NCBI GenBank assembly: GCA_963815115.1
Contig: CAWFFN010000012.1
Span: 64,001-128,000, forward strand
Length of the DNA: 64,000 nt
Direction: 5' to 3'
Origin: an uncultured delta proteobacterium
GTDB lineage: Bacteria; Desulfobacterota; Binatia; DP-6
The notes below the pieces were generated by a model. It was not told the DNA's origin. It searched no databases and worked only from the letters and a program-made list of their open reading frames with translations. The position numbers and the translations under genes are program-made. Positions 28,418 to 40,306 of this stretch are shown here, in pieces (the stretch's first letter is position 1; the number at the start of each line of letters is the position of its first letter).

Positions 28418-29872
28418 ATGGCCGACGCGCATCACGAACGGCTCACCGCGCTCGACGCGACCTTCCTCGGCGTCGAGGATCGCTGCTCCCACATGCACAT
28501 CGGGTCGGTGGGCGTGTTCGAGGCCGGGCCCGCCGCGGGCCCCGGCGGCTCCCTCGACTTCGACCGCATCCGCCGGCTCGTGTCCGTGGTGCTCGACGGC
28601 GTGCCACGGTATCGCCAGCGCGTCGAGACGATGCCGCTCCTCGGGCACCCGGTGTGGGTGGACGATGCGTCCTTCAATCCTCGCTACCATCTGCGGCACA
28701 CGCGCCTGCCGAGCCCGGGCGACGAGCGTCAGCTGAAGCGCCTCGTCGGCCGGCTCATGTCCCAGCAGCTCGACCGGGGAAAGCCGCTGTGGGAGACGTG
28801 GTTCATCGAGGGACTCGAGGGCGATCGCTTCGCGGTGGTCTCGAAGGTGCATCACTGCATGGTGGACGGCATCGGGGGCGTCGAGATGACGACCGCGACG
28901 ATGCGCGTCGAGCCGGGAGACGATCCCCGCCTCGACGCGCCGGTCCGAGCCTTCACGGCGCGACCGCGACCGGCGGGCCGCGACCTCGTGCTCGCCGAGC
29001 TGCGGCACCGGCTGGGAGGAGCCGCCGGCTTCGTCGGCGGCGCTGCACGCGCCCTCCTGTCGCCCGGCCGGGCCGTGGACGCCCTCGCCGGCACCTTCGC
29101 TGGACTGGCGGCGAGCGTCGGCACGAGCTTCCGGTCGGCATCGCCCACCCCGCTCAACGTCGAGATCGGACCTCACCGCCGCTTCGACTGGACGACGATG
29201 GACCTGGCCACGGTGAAGGCGGTGAAGGGCCGCCTCGGTGGCACGGTCAACGACGTCGTGCTGGCCGTGGTCGCGGGTGCGATGCGGCGCTATCTCGGCG
29301 GCCACGGGGTGGAGGTCGATCGTCTGGACTTTCGCGCCATGGTGCCCGTCAACCTGCGAGCCGGACCCGAGGGCGTCGGCAACCGGGTGGCGAGCGTGGT
29401 TGCCCGTCTGCCCGTCGACGAGCCCGATCCGGGTCGCCGCCTCGAGCGCGTCCGCCGCGAGACGGAGACCGTGAAGCACTCGCACCAGGTCGACGTGCTC
29501 CAGGCGATCGAGGACATCACCGACTGGAGCTTCACGACGCTGCTCAGCCAGACGGCCCGGCTCGCGACGATGTCGCAGCCCTTCAACCTGGTGGTGACCA
29601 ACGTTCCCGGGCCACAGTTTCCGCTCTACTTCCTGGGCGCGCGCATGCTCGAGGCCTATCCGTTCGTGCCCATCTTTCACTACCAGGCGCTCGGCATCGC
29701 GCTGTTCAGCTACGACGGGCGGCTCTTCTGGGGCTTCGACGCCGACTGGGACGCGGTGCCCGACCTGCACGGTCTCGTCGGCGCCGTCGACGAGGAGTTC
29801 CGGCTACTCGGCACGGCGGCGGGTCTCGACCCTGGTGGCGAGGGGGAGCGCGAGACGGCCCATGGGTCGTAG
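28418..29872 (+). CDS. WS/DGAT #3 (tandem paralog of #2)
   Basis: ERLTALDATFL, HHCMVDG, TNVPGP. An alternative GTG start at 28385 overlaps the upstream stop. Confidence 0.95.
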   Translation: MADAHHERLTALDATFLGVEDRCSHMHIGSVGVFEAGPAAGPGGSLDFDRIRRLVSVVLDGVPRYRQRVETMPLLGHPVWVDDASFNPRYHLRHTRLPSPGDERQLKRLVGRLMSQQLDRGKPLWETWFIEGLEGDRFAVVSKVHHCMVDGIGGVEMTTATMRVEPGDDPRLDAPVRAFTARPRPAGRDLVLAELRHRLGGAAGFVGGAARALLSPGRAVDALAGTFAGLAASVGTSFRSASPTPLNVEIGPHRRFDWTTMDLATVKAVKGRLGGTVNDVVLAVVAGAMRRYLGGHGVEVDRLDFRAMVPVNLRAGPEGVGNRVASVVARLPVDEPDPGRRLERVRRETETVKHSHQVDVLQAIEDITDWSFTTLLSQTARLATMSQPFNLVVTNVPGPQFPLYFLGARMLEAYPFVPIFHYQALGIALFSYDGRLFWGFDADWDAVPDLHGLVGAVDEEFRLLGTAAGLDPGGEGERETAHGS

Positions 29873-30157
29873 CTCCGGGTCGGGCGCTCACCACTGGCGC
29901 GAGCACGAGGCCCGACCAGCGAGAACCTCGAGGTCGAGGCCAGCCACCCGGGCATCGGCCACACCCACGTTCCGGAGTGCGACTCTGGAGCTGAGAACGG
30001 CCTGCGTGTGGGCCGGTCAGCACGGATTGGGACGGAGCCTTGAGCATGCCACGTTTTGCCGCGCCGGCTTTGCCGGGCGCGGCACGGCGTCCGCTCGATT
30101 CGCCGAACGCCACACGCTCGCCTCCGCTTTCGACCCGAGACGAAGCCTCGAGTCGCC

Positions 30158-31468
30158 CTACCAGGCCGGCGAGGTCTCGACCCGGTCGGACGGTGCGGCG
30201 GCTGGACTCAGGGCAGCGCGGGCACGCCAGCGGTCGCCCGCGCTCGCCAGGACGGCGCCGCCGATCTTCAAGATCCGCATGTCGCCGAACGGCGTGCCGA
30301 GACCGCTGTTCACGATCAGCCCGACCGCGAGGTTTCGTCGCGGGTCGGCCCACGCCCCGGAGCCGCCGAGCCCGAAGTGTCCGAACGCCTGGCGCGGCAC
30401 CCCGCGCATGGTGAGGACGCCGTGGTATCCGAGCCGCCACCCCATGTCGAAGGGGATGACGAGTCCTCGGCGGACGGGTGATTGCACTTCGGTCGCGCGG
30501 GCCAGCGCGCCCGGCGAGAGAAGCCGCACGCCATCGATCGTGCCGCCTCCCGCGAGGGCCGCGTACATCTTCGCCAGCGATCTGGCAGTGAAGAGCCCGT
30601 TCGCGGCCGGGATGGAGACGCGCAGGGTTTCCTCGGCACCGAAGTCGAAGCTGCTGATCCCGCGCGGCATGAGCGCGTCGGCGATGCTGGCGAGGTCGAG
30701 ACGAACGCCGACGAGGTCGAGCACATGCTGTATCGCCCACGCCGGCCACGCGAGGAGCTCGGGAGCCTCGAGGCCGTTCAGTCGCAAGCGGCCGAGAGTG
30801 CCCGGAGCGAGGAAGCTGGTCTCCGGCCAGATCAGCTCGGCCGCACGATGCAGCTGGTCACGCGGGGCGCCGACGTACATGCCGTCGAGACCGAGCGGCT
30901 CGGCGATCAGCTCGCGCACGAGCTGCGAGAAGCGCTGGCCGGTCACCCGCTGCGCGATCTCTCCCACGAGATACCCGTAGGTGAGGCCGTGATACCCGGT
31001 GCGCGTGCCCGGCTCGTAGTCGGGCGTGGCACGCTCGATCGCCTGGATCATGTAGTCCCAGTCGAGCATGCGCTCGGCGTGATCGACCATGCGGCGGATG
31101 TGGTGCAGCCCCGACTGGTGCGCCAGGACGTGGCGCACGGTGATCCGCTCCTTCCCGGCCTGGGCGAACTCCGGCCAGTAGCTGGCGACCGGACGGTCGT
31201 AGTCGACGAGGCCGCGGTCGGCGAGGATGTGGACCACGGTGGAGGCGACGCCCTTCGTGGTCGAGAAGCTCGGCGCCATCGTGTCGCGCCGCCAGAGGGT
31301 GCCCTGCCGGTCGCGGTATCCGCCCCACAGGTCGACCACGCATCCGCCGTCCTGGTACACGCAGACTGCCGCGCCGCCGGTATATTGCCCGAGGATGCTC
31401 CGGAACGCGCGCGCGACGGGGATGAAATCCGGGTGGACGAACCCGTCGACGTGGACGCCGCCGCTCAC
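30158..31468 (-). CDS. Beta-lactamase-fold serine hydrolase/esterase (family VIII; LipP/LipL-like)
   Basis: VDLWGG, SxxK as FSTTK, LAHQSG, GYHGLTYG, FGHFGLGG. Start codon uncertain. Confidence 0.88.
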   Translation of the reverse strand: MSGGVHVDGFVHPDFIPVARAFRSILGQYTGGAAVCVYQDGGCVVDLWGGYRDRQGTLWRRDTMAPSFSTTKGVASTVVHILADRGLVDYDRPVASYWPEFAQAGKERITVRHVLAHQSGLHHIRRMVDHAERMLDWDYMIQAIERATPDYEPGTRTGYHGLTYGYLVGEIAQRVTGQRFSQLVRELIAEPLGLDGMYVGAPRDQLHRAAELIWPETSFLAPGTLGRLRLNGLEAPELLAWPAWAIQHVLDLVGVRLDLASIADALMPRGISSFDFGAEETLRVSIPAANGLFTARSLAKMYAALAGGGTIDGVRLLSPGALARATEVQSPVRRGLVIPFDMGWRLGYHGVLTMRGVPRQAFGHFGLGGSGAWADPRRNLAVGLIVNSGLGTPFGDMRILKIGGAVLASAGDRWRARAALSPAAAPSDRVETSPAW

Positions 31469-31546
31469 AAAGGACACCGGTCGTTTTTCGAGCAAGAAGC
31501 GAACCGCTCGGGAAGGCAAGGGACCTGCGCCCGCGGGGCGGCTCCA

Positions 31547-31638
31547 TCCCATTTCTGGAACGAGCCAGCCGCCGGGTTCTCACCGCCGGGAACGGCAGTG
31601 CGGGCCCTCCGCCCCCGTGCCATGGCACGGCTCGTGCA
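31547..31638 (+). promoter_or_regulatory. Two TCNCA-N4-[T/C]GGNA sites plus sigma54 promoter
   Basis: TCCCATTTCTGGAA (31547) and TCTCACCGCCGGGA (31578), 31 bp apart. TGGCACG-GCTC-GTGCA (31623-31638) is close to the sigma54 consensus. Confidence 0.65.
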
Positions 31639-31822
31639 CAGCCAGGAGGCATGACGCCGAGGAGCAGGTTCCCGGACCGGCCACTGCGTCTCGGGGCGGT
31701 CGGTGATGCCGAGGGTCGGCTCGATGCCGACCGCTTCTATCGCCACCAGGAGAACGTCCAGGCCTTCTTCGACGCGGCGGGCCGGCTCGAGACGCGCTTT
31801 GCCGCGTGAAGGGAGTCTCGCC

Positions 31823-33589
31823 ATGGCGATCAGCAGCCGATTGTCGGCGATGGATGCCGCGTTCCTCTATCTCGAGCGCCCGGACCAGAAGCTCCACGTG
31901 GGCTGTCTGTCGTTGCTCGACGGCCCGGTGCCGTTCGACGCCTTCACCGACCTGATCGTCCAGCGGCTCGAGCAGCTGCCACGCTACGCGCAGCGCCCGG
32001 TGCGCCCCACCCTCGACTGGATGCTGCCCAGCTGGCAGGACGTGCCTCGCTTCGACCCCCGCCTCCACATCCGGCACGTGGGAGTCCCGCCGCCGGGGGG
32101 CGACGCCGAAATGCACGCCCTGGTCGACGAGCTGATCGCCGCCCCGCTGGATCCCGACAGCCCGCTCTGGGAGACCTACCTCATCGACGGGCTCGCCGAC
32201 GGGCGGACGGCCATCCTGAACAAGATCCATCATTGCATGGTCGACGGCGTGAGCGGCGCGCAGATCCTGGAGCTTCTCACCGACGCAGCACCCGGAACCG
32301 AGGCGGCCTCGAGCGCATCGCCCGCCTCGAGGGGCCACGGCGCCAGCGGCGCGCGGCCCTGGAGCGCCGAGGCCGCGGTGGAGGCGATGTCGACGATCGC
32401 GCACTGGGCGCTCGAGCCGCCGTCTCCGCTGCCGTTCAATGCGCCGATCTCCGCCCAGCGCAGGCTGCGCTGGGCCAGCCTCTCGCTCGAGCGCATCCTG
32501 GCCGTGCGCGGCGCGGTCGGCTGCAAGGTGAACGACGTCGTGCTGGCGGTCATCGCCGGCGCGCTGCGCCGCTGGCTCGTGGCGCACGGCGTGGCGACCG
32601 CCGGCCTGCGCGTACGCACCATGGTGCCGGTCAGCATGCGCACGGCGGCGGAACACCTCACGCTCGGCAACGTGGTGTCGGCGATGTTCCCTCTGCTTCC
32701 GGTCGACATCGGTGATCCGCTCGACCGGCTGCACGCGGTAGCCGCGCACATGGCCGAGCTGAAGGGGCGCGGCCAGGCGCACGCCACGGGGCTGCTGCTG
32801 GCGCTCGGGGGAACGCTCCCGGCGCCGGTCGGCGCGTTGCTCGGCCGCATGCTTCCCAGCTGGCCGATGATCAGCCTCGTCTGCACGAACGTGCCCGGTC
32901 CGCGCGAGCCGCGCTACGTTCTCGGGCGTCGCGTCGTGAGCATGCATCCGCTGGTTCCCCTGTTCGAGGGTCTCGGCCTCGGCTTCGCCATCCTGAGCTA
33001 CGCCGACGGGCTCTCCATCGGGGTGACCGCCGATCCGGCGCTGGTTCCCGACGTCGAGTCCATCGCGACGGCGATCGCCGAGGAACTCGACCTGCTGGTC
33101 GCCTCGGCGGGTCTGCAGACCATGTCCGCCACGCCGACGGCCGCTGCCGCCCCGCGCGTCGCCGACCTGATGGCGACGGAGGTGCACACGATCGGTCCGG
33201 CGACCTCGCTCGGAGACGCCTGGGGTCTCATGAAGCGCTGCCGCATCCGTCACCTCCCGGTCGTCGACGACCTCGGGCGTGCCGTCGGGCTCGTCACGCA
33301 CCGCGACCTCCTCGGTGCGGCGTCCAGCGCCGTCGGCGAGTCGGACGAGGCGACGCGGCTGCGGCGTCTCGGCTGGTTGACGGCGCACGAGGTCATGGAG
33401 ACCCACCTCGTCGTGACCACCCCCGACGAGCTCGCGGGCGCTGCCGGCCAGCGCATGCTGGCGGCCAAGATCGGCTGCCTCCCCGTGGTGGACGACACCG
33501 GCCGGCTCGCCGGGATCGTCACGGTGGAAGACTTCCTGCGCTGGGCGACGACGCGGATGGGTGCGGCCGACACCTCGCGCGCCGCCTGA
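31823..33589 (+). CDS. WS/DGAT #4 fused to a C-terminal CBS-domain pair
   Basis: RLSAMDAAFL, HHCMVDG, TNVPGP, then VADLM...IRHLPVVD...GLVTHRDL and IGCLPVVD...GIVTVEDF. Confidence 0.92.
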   Translation: MAISSRLSAMDAAFLYLERPDQKLHVGCLSLLDGPVPFDAFTDLIVQRLEQLPRYAQRPVRPTLDWMLPSWQDVPRFDPRLHIRHVGVPPPGGDAEMHALVDELIAAPLDPDSPLWETYLIDGLADGRTAILNKIHHCMVDGVSGAQILELLTDAAPGTEAASSASPASRGHGASGARPWSAEAAVEAMSTIAHWALEPPSPLPFNAPISAQRRLRWASLSLERILAVRGAVGCKVNDVVLAVIAGALRRWLVAHGVATAGLRVRTMVPVSMRTAAEHLTLGNVVSAMFPLLPVDIGDPLDRLHAVAAHMAELKGRGQAHATGLLLALGGTLPAPVGALLGRMLPSWPMISLVCTNVPGPREPRYVLGRRVVSMHPLVPLFEGLGLGFAILSYADGLSIGVTADPALVPDVESIATAIAEELDLLVASAGLQTMSATPTAAAAPRVADLMATEVHTIGPATSLGDAWGLMKRCRIRHLPVVDDLGRAVGLVTHRDLLGAASSAVGESDEATRLRRLGWLTAHEVMETHLVVTTPDELAGAAGQRMLAAKIGCLPVVDDTGRLAGIVTVEDFLRWATTRMGAADTSRAA

Positions 33590-33629
33590 GCGCGCCGGCC
33601 AGCGGTGCCGGGCATGGCTGCGGGGTGCT

Positions 33630-33721
33630 TCCCAGGCGTTGGAATCGGACGGGCAGCGCGTTCTTCCTCCCGGGAATGGTCCCTGGGGCGGCAGGTCCTA
33701 CCTCGGGGCATGCATGTTGCT
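33630..33721 (+). promoter_or_regulatory. TCCCA-N4-TTGGA site plus sigma54-like promoter
   Basis: TCCCAGGCGTTGGA (33630), a weaker site at 33662, and GGGCATG-CATG-TTGCT (33706-33721). Confidence 0.55.
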
Positions 33722-33733
33722 CTTCAGTTGCTC

Positions 33734-34150
33734 ATGCCATGCCTGCCGCCTCAATCGCCTTCTCTCGCTGTTCTCGGGTTGCTTCTCGCTGGAGCTACCC
33801 TCCGGGCGGCCGAGCCGGCGAACGATCCCGGCCGCGCCATGTACCTGCGCTACTGCGGCGCGTGTCACGGGCCGGCGGGGAAGGGCGACGGCATCGCGGG
33901 ATCCTTCATGACGCCGAAGCCCCCCGATCTCACGCGGCTCGCGCAGGAGAACGGCGGCACCTTTCCGTTCCAGCGCGTGATGGCGTACATCGACGGCAAG
34001 GACGACGTGCGCGCGCATGGCGACCCCGCGATGCCGGTGTGGGGCGAGGTGTTCCGTGCCGAGTCGAGCTGGGACGCGAGCCGGCGCGCCGAGATCCAGG
34101 GCAAGGTCATGTCGATCACCGAGTACCTGCGGTCGATCCAGGCCAAGTGA
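33734..34150 (+). CDS. Monoheme c-type cytochrome, secreted
   Basis: CGACHG, PPDLT, HG...MPVWG; signal-like N-terminus. Start uncertain (33710 or 33734). Confidence 0.85.
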   Translation: MPCLPPQSPSLAVLGLLLAGATLRAAEPANDPGRAMYLRYCGACHGPAGKGDGIAGSFMTPKPPDLTRLAQENGGTFPFQRVMAYIDGKDDVRAHGDPAMPVWGEVFRAESSWDASRRAEIQGKVMSITEYLRSIQAK

Positions 34151-34157
34151 GAACGCC

Positions 34158-34688
34158 ATGCGACTGGCGGAGCTACTCGACCGGTGCCTGGCGCTCGAGG
34201 AGCGCAGCGCCGCGGTCTACCGGAAATTCGCGGCGGCGCGGCCCGACGATGCGGAGCTGGCGCAGCTCTGGGAAGCGCTCGCCGCCGACGAGGACGAGCA
34301 CGCGCGATCGATCCGGGACGTGCTGCGCGACCTCGGAACGGGAGAAGGCGAGCTGACCGCCGTGGAAGGTTGCGAGGCCGCGTTCGCCGACGTTGCGGCC
34401 CGGTTGCGGGATGCGGACGCGCTCGACGCCGACGCCACGCCGAACCGCCACCTGGCGGCGGCGCTCGACATCGAGCTCTCGGAGATCGAGGCCCTCCGGC
34501 GGCTCGGTCTCCGGGCGAGCAGGCGGCACGAGGTGCCGGACCAGGATCATTCCCACGTTCGCCGGCTCGCGGATACGGCCCGCCGCCGCTCGCAGGACGG
34601 ACACGTGCGGCTGGCGGCCGCATTGCTCCTGGCACGCGAGCGCCTCGCCACCACCGGCGGGGCGTCGGACAGCTGGCGGAAACCCTAG
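34158..34688 (+). CDS. Ferritin-like / rubrerythrin-domain protein
   Basis: ALEERSAAVY...LAADEDEH and a second ...IELSE...DHSH helix pair. Confidence 0.65.
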   Translation: MRLAELLDRCLALEERSAAVYRKFAAARPDDAELAQLWEALAADEDEHARSIRDVLRDLGTGEGELTAVEGCEAAFADVAARLRDADALDADATPNRHLAAALDIELSEIEALRRLGLRASRRHEVPDQDHSHVRRLADTARRRSQDGHVRLAAALLLARERLATTGGASDSWRKP

Positions 34689-34698
34689 CGACCGTCGC

Positions 34699-35421
34699 TC
34701 ACACCGCGACGCCGGCAGGCAGCATGCGACGGCCGTCGCTGGTGAGCGGTCGCACGCGCTCCATCCACGCCGCGATCTTGGGACGGCCGCGGACGACGTC
34801 GGCGCCCTCCAGCCGGTTGTCGACGATGAAGCTCGTCGCCGCGTAGGCCGCGAGGTCCGCGATCGAGACCGCCGCCTGCCCGCCCAGGAATGGACCGCCA
34901 TCGAGCCGCTCTTCGAGTCGGTCGAGGGCACGCGGAAGCTGCGGCACCTTGCTCGTCGCCTCGGCGATCAGCTTCCGCAGGATGAAGCCGCTCGCCAGCG
35001 GGAGGACGACGCGCTCGACGGCGTTGAGCGGCGCGGTGCTCGCGAGCGCCCCGATCACGCGCCTGCGGTTGGCCGGGCGGCCGAAGTTGTTGGGCACGTA
35101 GAAGTCGGGGACGAAGGCGGTGTCGATCCAGTCCTCGATCTCGAGCGCGGCCTTTCGTGCTCCGGGGTCCGCGGGCAGCGCCGGCGGCGTCGGGTAGCGC
35201 TCCTCCAGGTAGAGGGCGATGTCGGTCGAGTCCTCGACGATCGTGCCGTCGTCGTCGATGATCGGTACGAGCTTCTTCGTCGAGAACTTGATCTCGCTCT
35301 TGCGCTGCGGGTGGATGAACAGCGGCCGGTAGGGCAGCCGCTTGTAGTCGAGGATCGCGGCGACCTTGTGCACGAAGGGCGAGATCGCAAAAGCGTAGAG
35401 CGTGATCGGCCGACGGTCCAT
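34699..35421 (-). CDS. Glutathione S-transferase family protein
   Basis: SPFVHKV, KLVPII, EDSTDIALYLEE, FLGG...SIADLA. Confidence 0.88.
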   Translation of the reverse strand: MDRRPITLYAFAISPFVHKVAAILDYKRLPYRPLFIHPQRKSEIKFSTKKLVPIIDDDGTIVEDSTDIALYLEERYPTPPALPADPGARKAALEIEDWIDTAFVPDFYVPNNFGRPANRRRVIGALASTAPLNAVERVVLPLASGFILRKLIAEATSKVPQLPRALDRLEERLDGGPFLGGQAAVSIADLAAYAATSFIVDNRLEGADVVRGRPKIAAWMERVRPLTSDGRRMLPAGVAV

Positions 35422-35662
35422 GCGTCACCCCCTTCAGGATGCTGGCGGACCGGGGAGTACGCCCGCCCCCGGGGCAAGTCAACGAAGCCACGACCTCGCC
35501 AACGCCGAGCGGAACCGCTGACCTGCAACGGGCGCGAAGCAGGTCCGGAGCCGTCTCCTCGCCGACCGCTCGCCGCTGGACGACGTTGAGCCGGCTGCGT
35601 TATGGGGCCGCGATGCGTGGGGAGGTGGCGCGGTCGGTGGCGGGGGGGACCTTCTTGCCCTG

Positions 35663-37921
<2,259 letters not shown>

Positions 37922-38024
37922 TCCGCACTCCGCCCCGGCACGTCGGTTGCTCCTGCGTTTCGCCGCTTCGGACCATGCTTTCGGGTGTTCACAGGACGGC
38001 GTTCCCTCGCTATTCCGCTCTCGG

Positions 38025-39932
38025 ATGGCAGAAGAGAACGAATCGAGCCGAAGCAATTCCAAGGGCTTCGTTGGCGCCGCGGCGGAGGCATTTCTGCGCC
38101 GTCGAGTGCATCGCCAGCGCATGCGCACGGCGGGCCTGAAGGCGCTGCGCGAGGTCGTCTCTCAGGCCGACCTGATGCAGATGGATTTCGACGAGGCGGC
38201 GGACGTGTTCGCTCGCGCCGATCCCTGGATGACCAGCTACGGTGCGGACGTCGCGCGGACGCACCGGCGGCGCGGGCGCACGCACGTGCCACGAATGTCG
38301 GTCGTCCTGCTGGTGATCGGCACCCGCGGCGACGTGCAGCCGTTCATCGGCATCGGCAGCCGCCTCGCCCGGCACCACCGCGTGAGGCTCGCGACCCACG
38401 CGGCGTTCCGGTCGATGGTGGAGGACGCCGGCCTCGAATTCTATCCGCTGGCCGGCGATCCGCGCGAGCTGGTCGAGTACATGATGCGGACGGGTGGTCG
38501 GATCGTTCCGCTGAGGCCGGACCACATCGTCGAGGACGTTCCCAGAAAGCGGGCCGTCGTCGGCGAGATCCTGGAATCGACCTGGCGTGCCTGCACGGAG
38601 CCGGACCCGCAGCATCCGGACGCGACCTTCGCGGCCGAGTGGATCGTCGCGAATCCTCCGAGCTACGGCCACATCCACTGTGCCGAGGCGCTGAACGTCC
38701 CGCTCCACATGGTCTTCACCATGCCGTGGACCGCGACGAGCGCCTTTCCGCACCCGATGACGCGCCTGCAGCCCGGCGAGCACCGGCCCGTGCGCAACTT
38801 CCTGTCCTACGGCGTGGTGAACGCGCTCATGTGGGGCGGCGTGGCCGACGTGGTGAACGGGTTCCGCGAGAAGACGCTCGGATTGTCGTCGGTCGACGTC
38901 GCGCAGGGAGCCGCCCTTCTCGAGGACGCGGAGGTGCCGTTCACCTATCTCTTCCCGGAGAGCCTGATTCCCCGGCCGCCCGACTGGGGCCCGCACATCG
39001 ACCTGGCCAACTTCGTCTTCGTGGATCAGGCGGCTGGCTACGAGCCGCCGGCGGACCTCGTGGACTTCCTCGCTGCAGGCAAGCCGCCGATCTACGTCGG
39101 CTTCGGCTCTCTCGTCGTGCCCGATCCGGCCGCGTTGACGCGGACCGTCTTCGAGGCGCTCGCCAAGGCCGGCGCACGCGGCGTCGTGTCACGCGGCTGG
39201 GGCGACGTCGGCCAGGACGCACCGCCATCGCACGTCCACGTCATCGGCGACACGCCGCACGACTGGCTGTTTCCGCGCTGCCGGCTCGTCTGCCACCACG
39301 GCGGCGCGGGCACCACCGCGGCCGGACTCCGCGCCGGCCTCCCCTCCGTCGTGGTGCCGTTCTTCGGAGATCAGTTCTTCTGGGGCCAGGTGATTGCCGA
39401 CGCGGGCGCGGGGCCCGCCGCCATCCCCGCCGGCGAGCTGACCGTCGACAGGCTCGCCGAGGCGTTCGTTTCGTGTGAGTCGCGCGACGTCCGGACGAAG
39501 GCGCGAAAGCTCGGTGCCACGATACGGAGGCAGGACGGCGCCGAGCTGACGGTGGCGTCGCTGTACCGGCAGCTCCCGCTGCGCGCGATGCGCTGCGCGC
39601 GCGATGTCGCGCACCTCGCGACCACGTACTGTGAACCTTGCCGCCTGCGACTCTGCGGGAGCTGCCTGACCGCGGAGCACGCCGGCCATCGCTGCCACCC
39701 CTATCGCTACGTCGACTGGAGCGTTCGCCCCGTGCGCAAGGTATCCCGCGAGCTGCGCGACTTCGTGGCAGATGCGATCGTCGCGGTGCGCGCCGGGCTC
39801 GACGAGGTGCTGCCCCTGGGGGCGCCGCGGCGCGAAGGGGTCGTGATGGGCGAGCGGGAACCGGGCGGCGGAACGGCGCGCGGGGTCGTGTGGAAGGCGC
39901 GCCGGCGGGCGCCAGCAGATACGACGGCCTGA
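38025..39932 (+). CDS. GT1 sterol 3-beta-glucosyltransferase-like protein with C-terminal Cys/His (B-box-like) domain
   Basis: IGTRGDVQPF, RVRLATH, NPPSYGHIHCAEAL, FTMPWT, YVGFGS, HHGGAGTT, PFFGDQ. Start uncertain. Confidence 0.88.
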   Translation: MAEENESSRSNSKGFVGAAAEAFLRRRVHRQRMRTAGLKALREVVSQADLMQMDFDEAADVFARADPWMTSYGADVARTHRRRGRTHVPRMSVVLLVIGTRGDVQPFIGIGSRLARHHRVRLATHAAFRSMVEDAGLEFYPLAGDPRELVEYMMRTGGRIVPLRPDHIVEDVPRKRAVVGEILESTWRACTEPDPQHPDATFAAEWIVANPPSYGHIHCAEALNVPLHMVFTMPWTATSAFPHPMTRLQPGEHRPVRNFLSYGVVNALMWGGVADVVNGFREKTLGLSSVDVAQGAALLEDAEVPFTYLFPESLIPRPPDWGPHIDLANFVFVDQAAGYEPPADLVDFLAAGKPPIYVGFGSLVVPDPAALTRTVFEALAKAGARGVVSRGWGDVGQDAPPSHVHVIGDTPHDWLFPRCRLVCHHGGAGTTAAGLRAGLPSVVVPFFGDQFFWGQVIADAGAGPAAIPAGELTVDRLAEAFVSCESRDVRTKARKLGATIRRQDGAELTVASLYRQLPLRAMRCARDVAHLATTYCEPCRLRLCGSCLTAEHAGHRCHPYRYVDWSVRPVRKVSRELRDFVADAIVAVRAGLDEVLPLGAPRREGVVMGEREPGGGTARGVVWKARRRAPADTTA

Positions 39933-39969
39933 GCGTCTTCGAGGAGTGGGCGATGGGGCCGGCGATGGG

Positions 39970-40266
39970 TCAGCGATTCGCCTCGCCCCTCACCGCGGCC
40001 GCCCCTTCATGCGCGTTCTCCTTGGTCTCCGCGGCGTTCTCGCGCCACGTTTCCCGGGCGGCACCGGGGCCGCCGGTGAAGAAGGAACGCACGCTGCGCC
40101 CGAAGGTCAGGAAGCCGTCACGGACGGCGTGCCCTCCCGTCTTCGCCGATTCCTCGACCACGCCTCCCACCTTGCGACCCGCCTCCTCGTCCGCGAGGGC
40201 CGGAATCGCCGTGAGGGCCAGGACCGCGAGCGCCGCCCCGGCCAGTGCGCCGTGCTTCTTGTTCAT
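39970..40266 (-). CDS. Small secreted hypothetical protein
   Basis: MNKKHGALAGAALAVLALTAIPALA signal peptide and RBS; amphipathic mature part. Confidence 0.7.
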   Translation of the reverse strand: MNKKHGALAGAALAVLALTAIPALADEEAGRKVGGVVEESAKTGGHAVRDGFLTFGRSVRSFFTGGPGAARETWRENAAETKENAHEGAAAVRGEANR

Positions 40267-40306
40267 CTCGATTCCTCCCGCTGCGCGCGGCCCGTGAGCC
40301 GCGCCG

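Noticed and set aside
30158-31468. Beta-lactam resistance gene
   Set aside because: Motifs and the lipid-gene context fit family VIII esterases; no signal peptide is evident.
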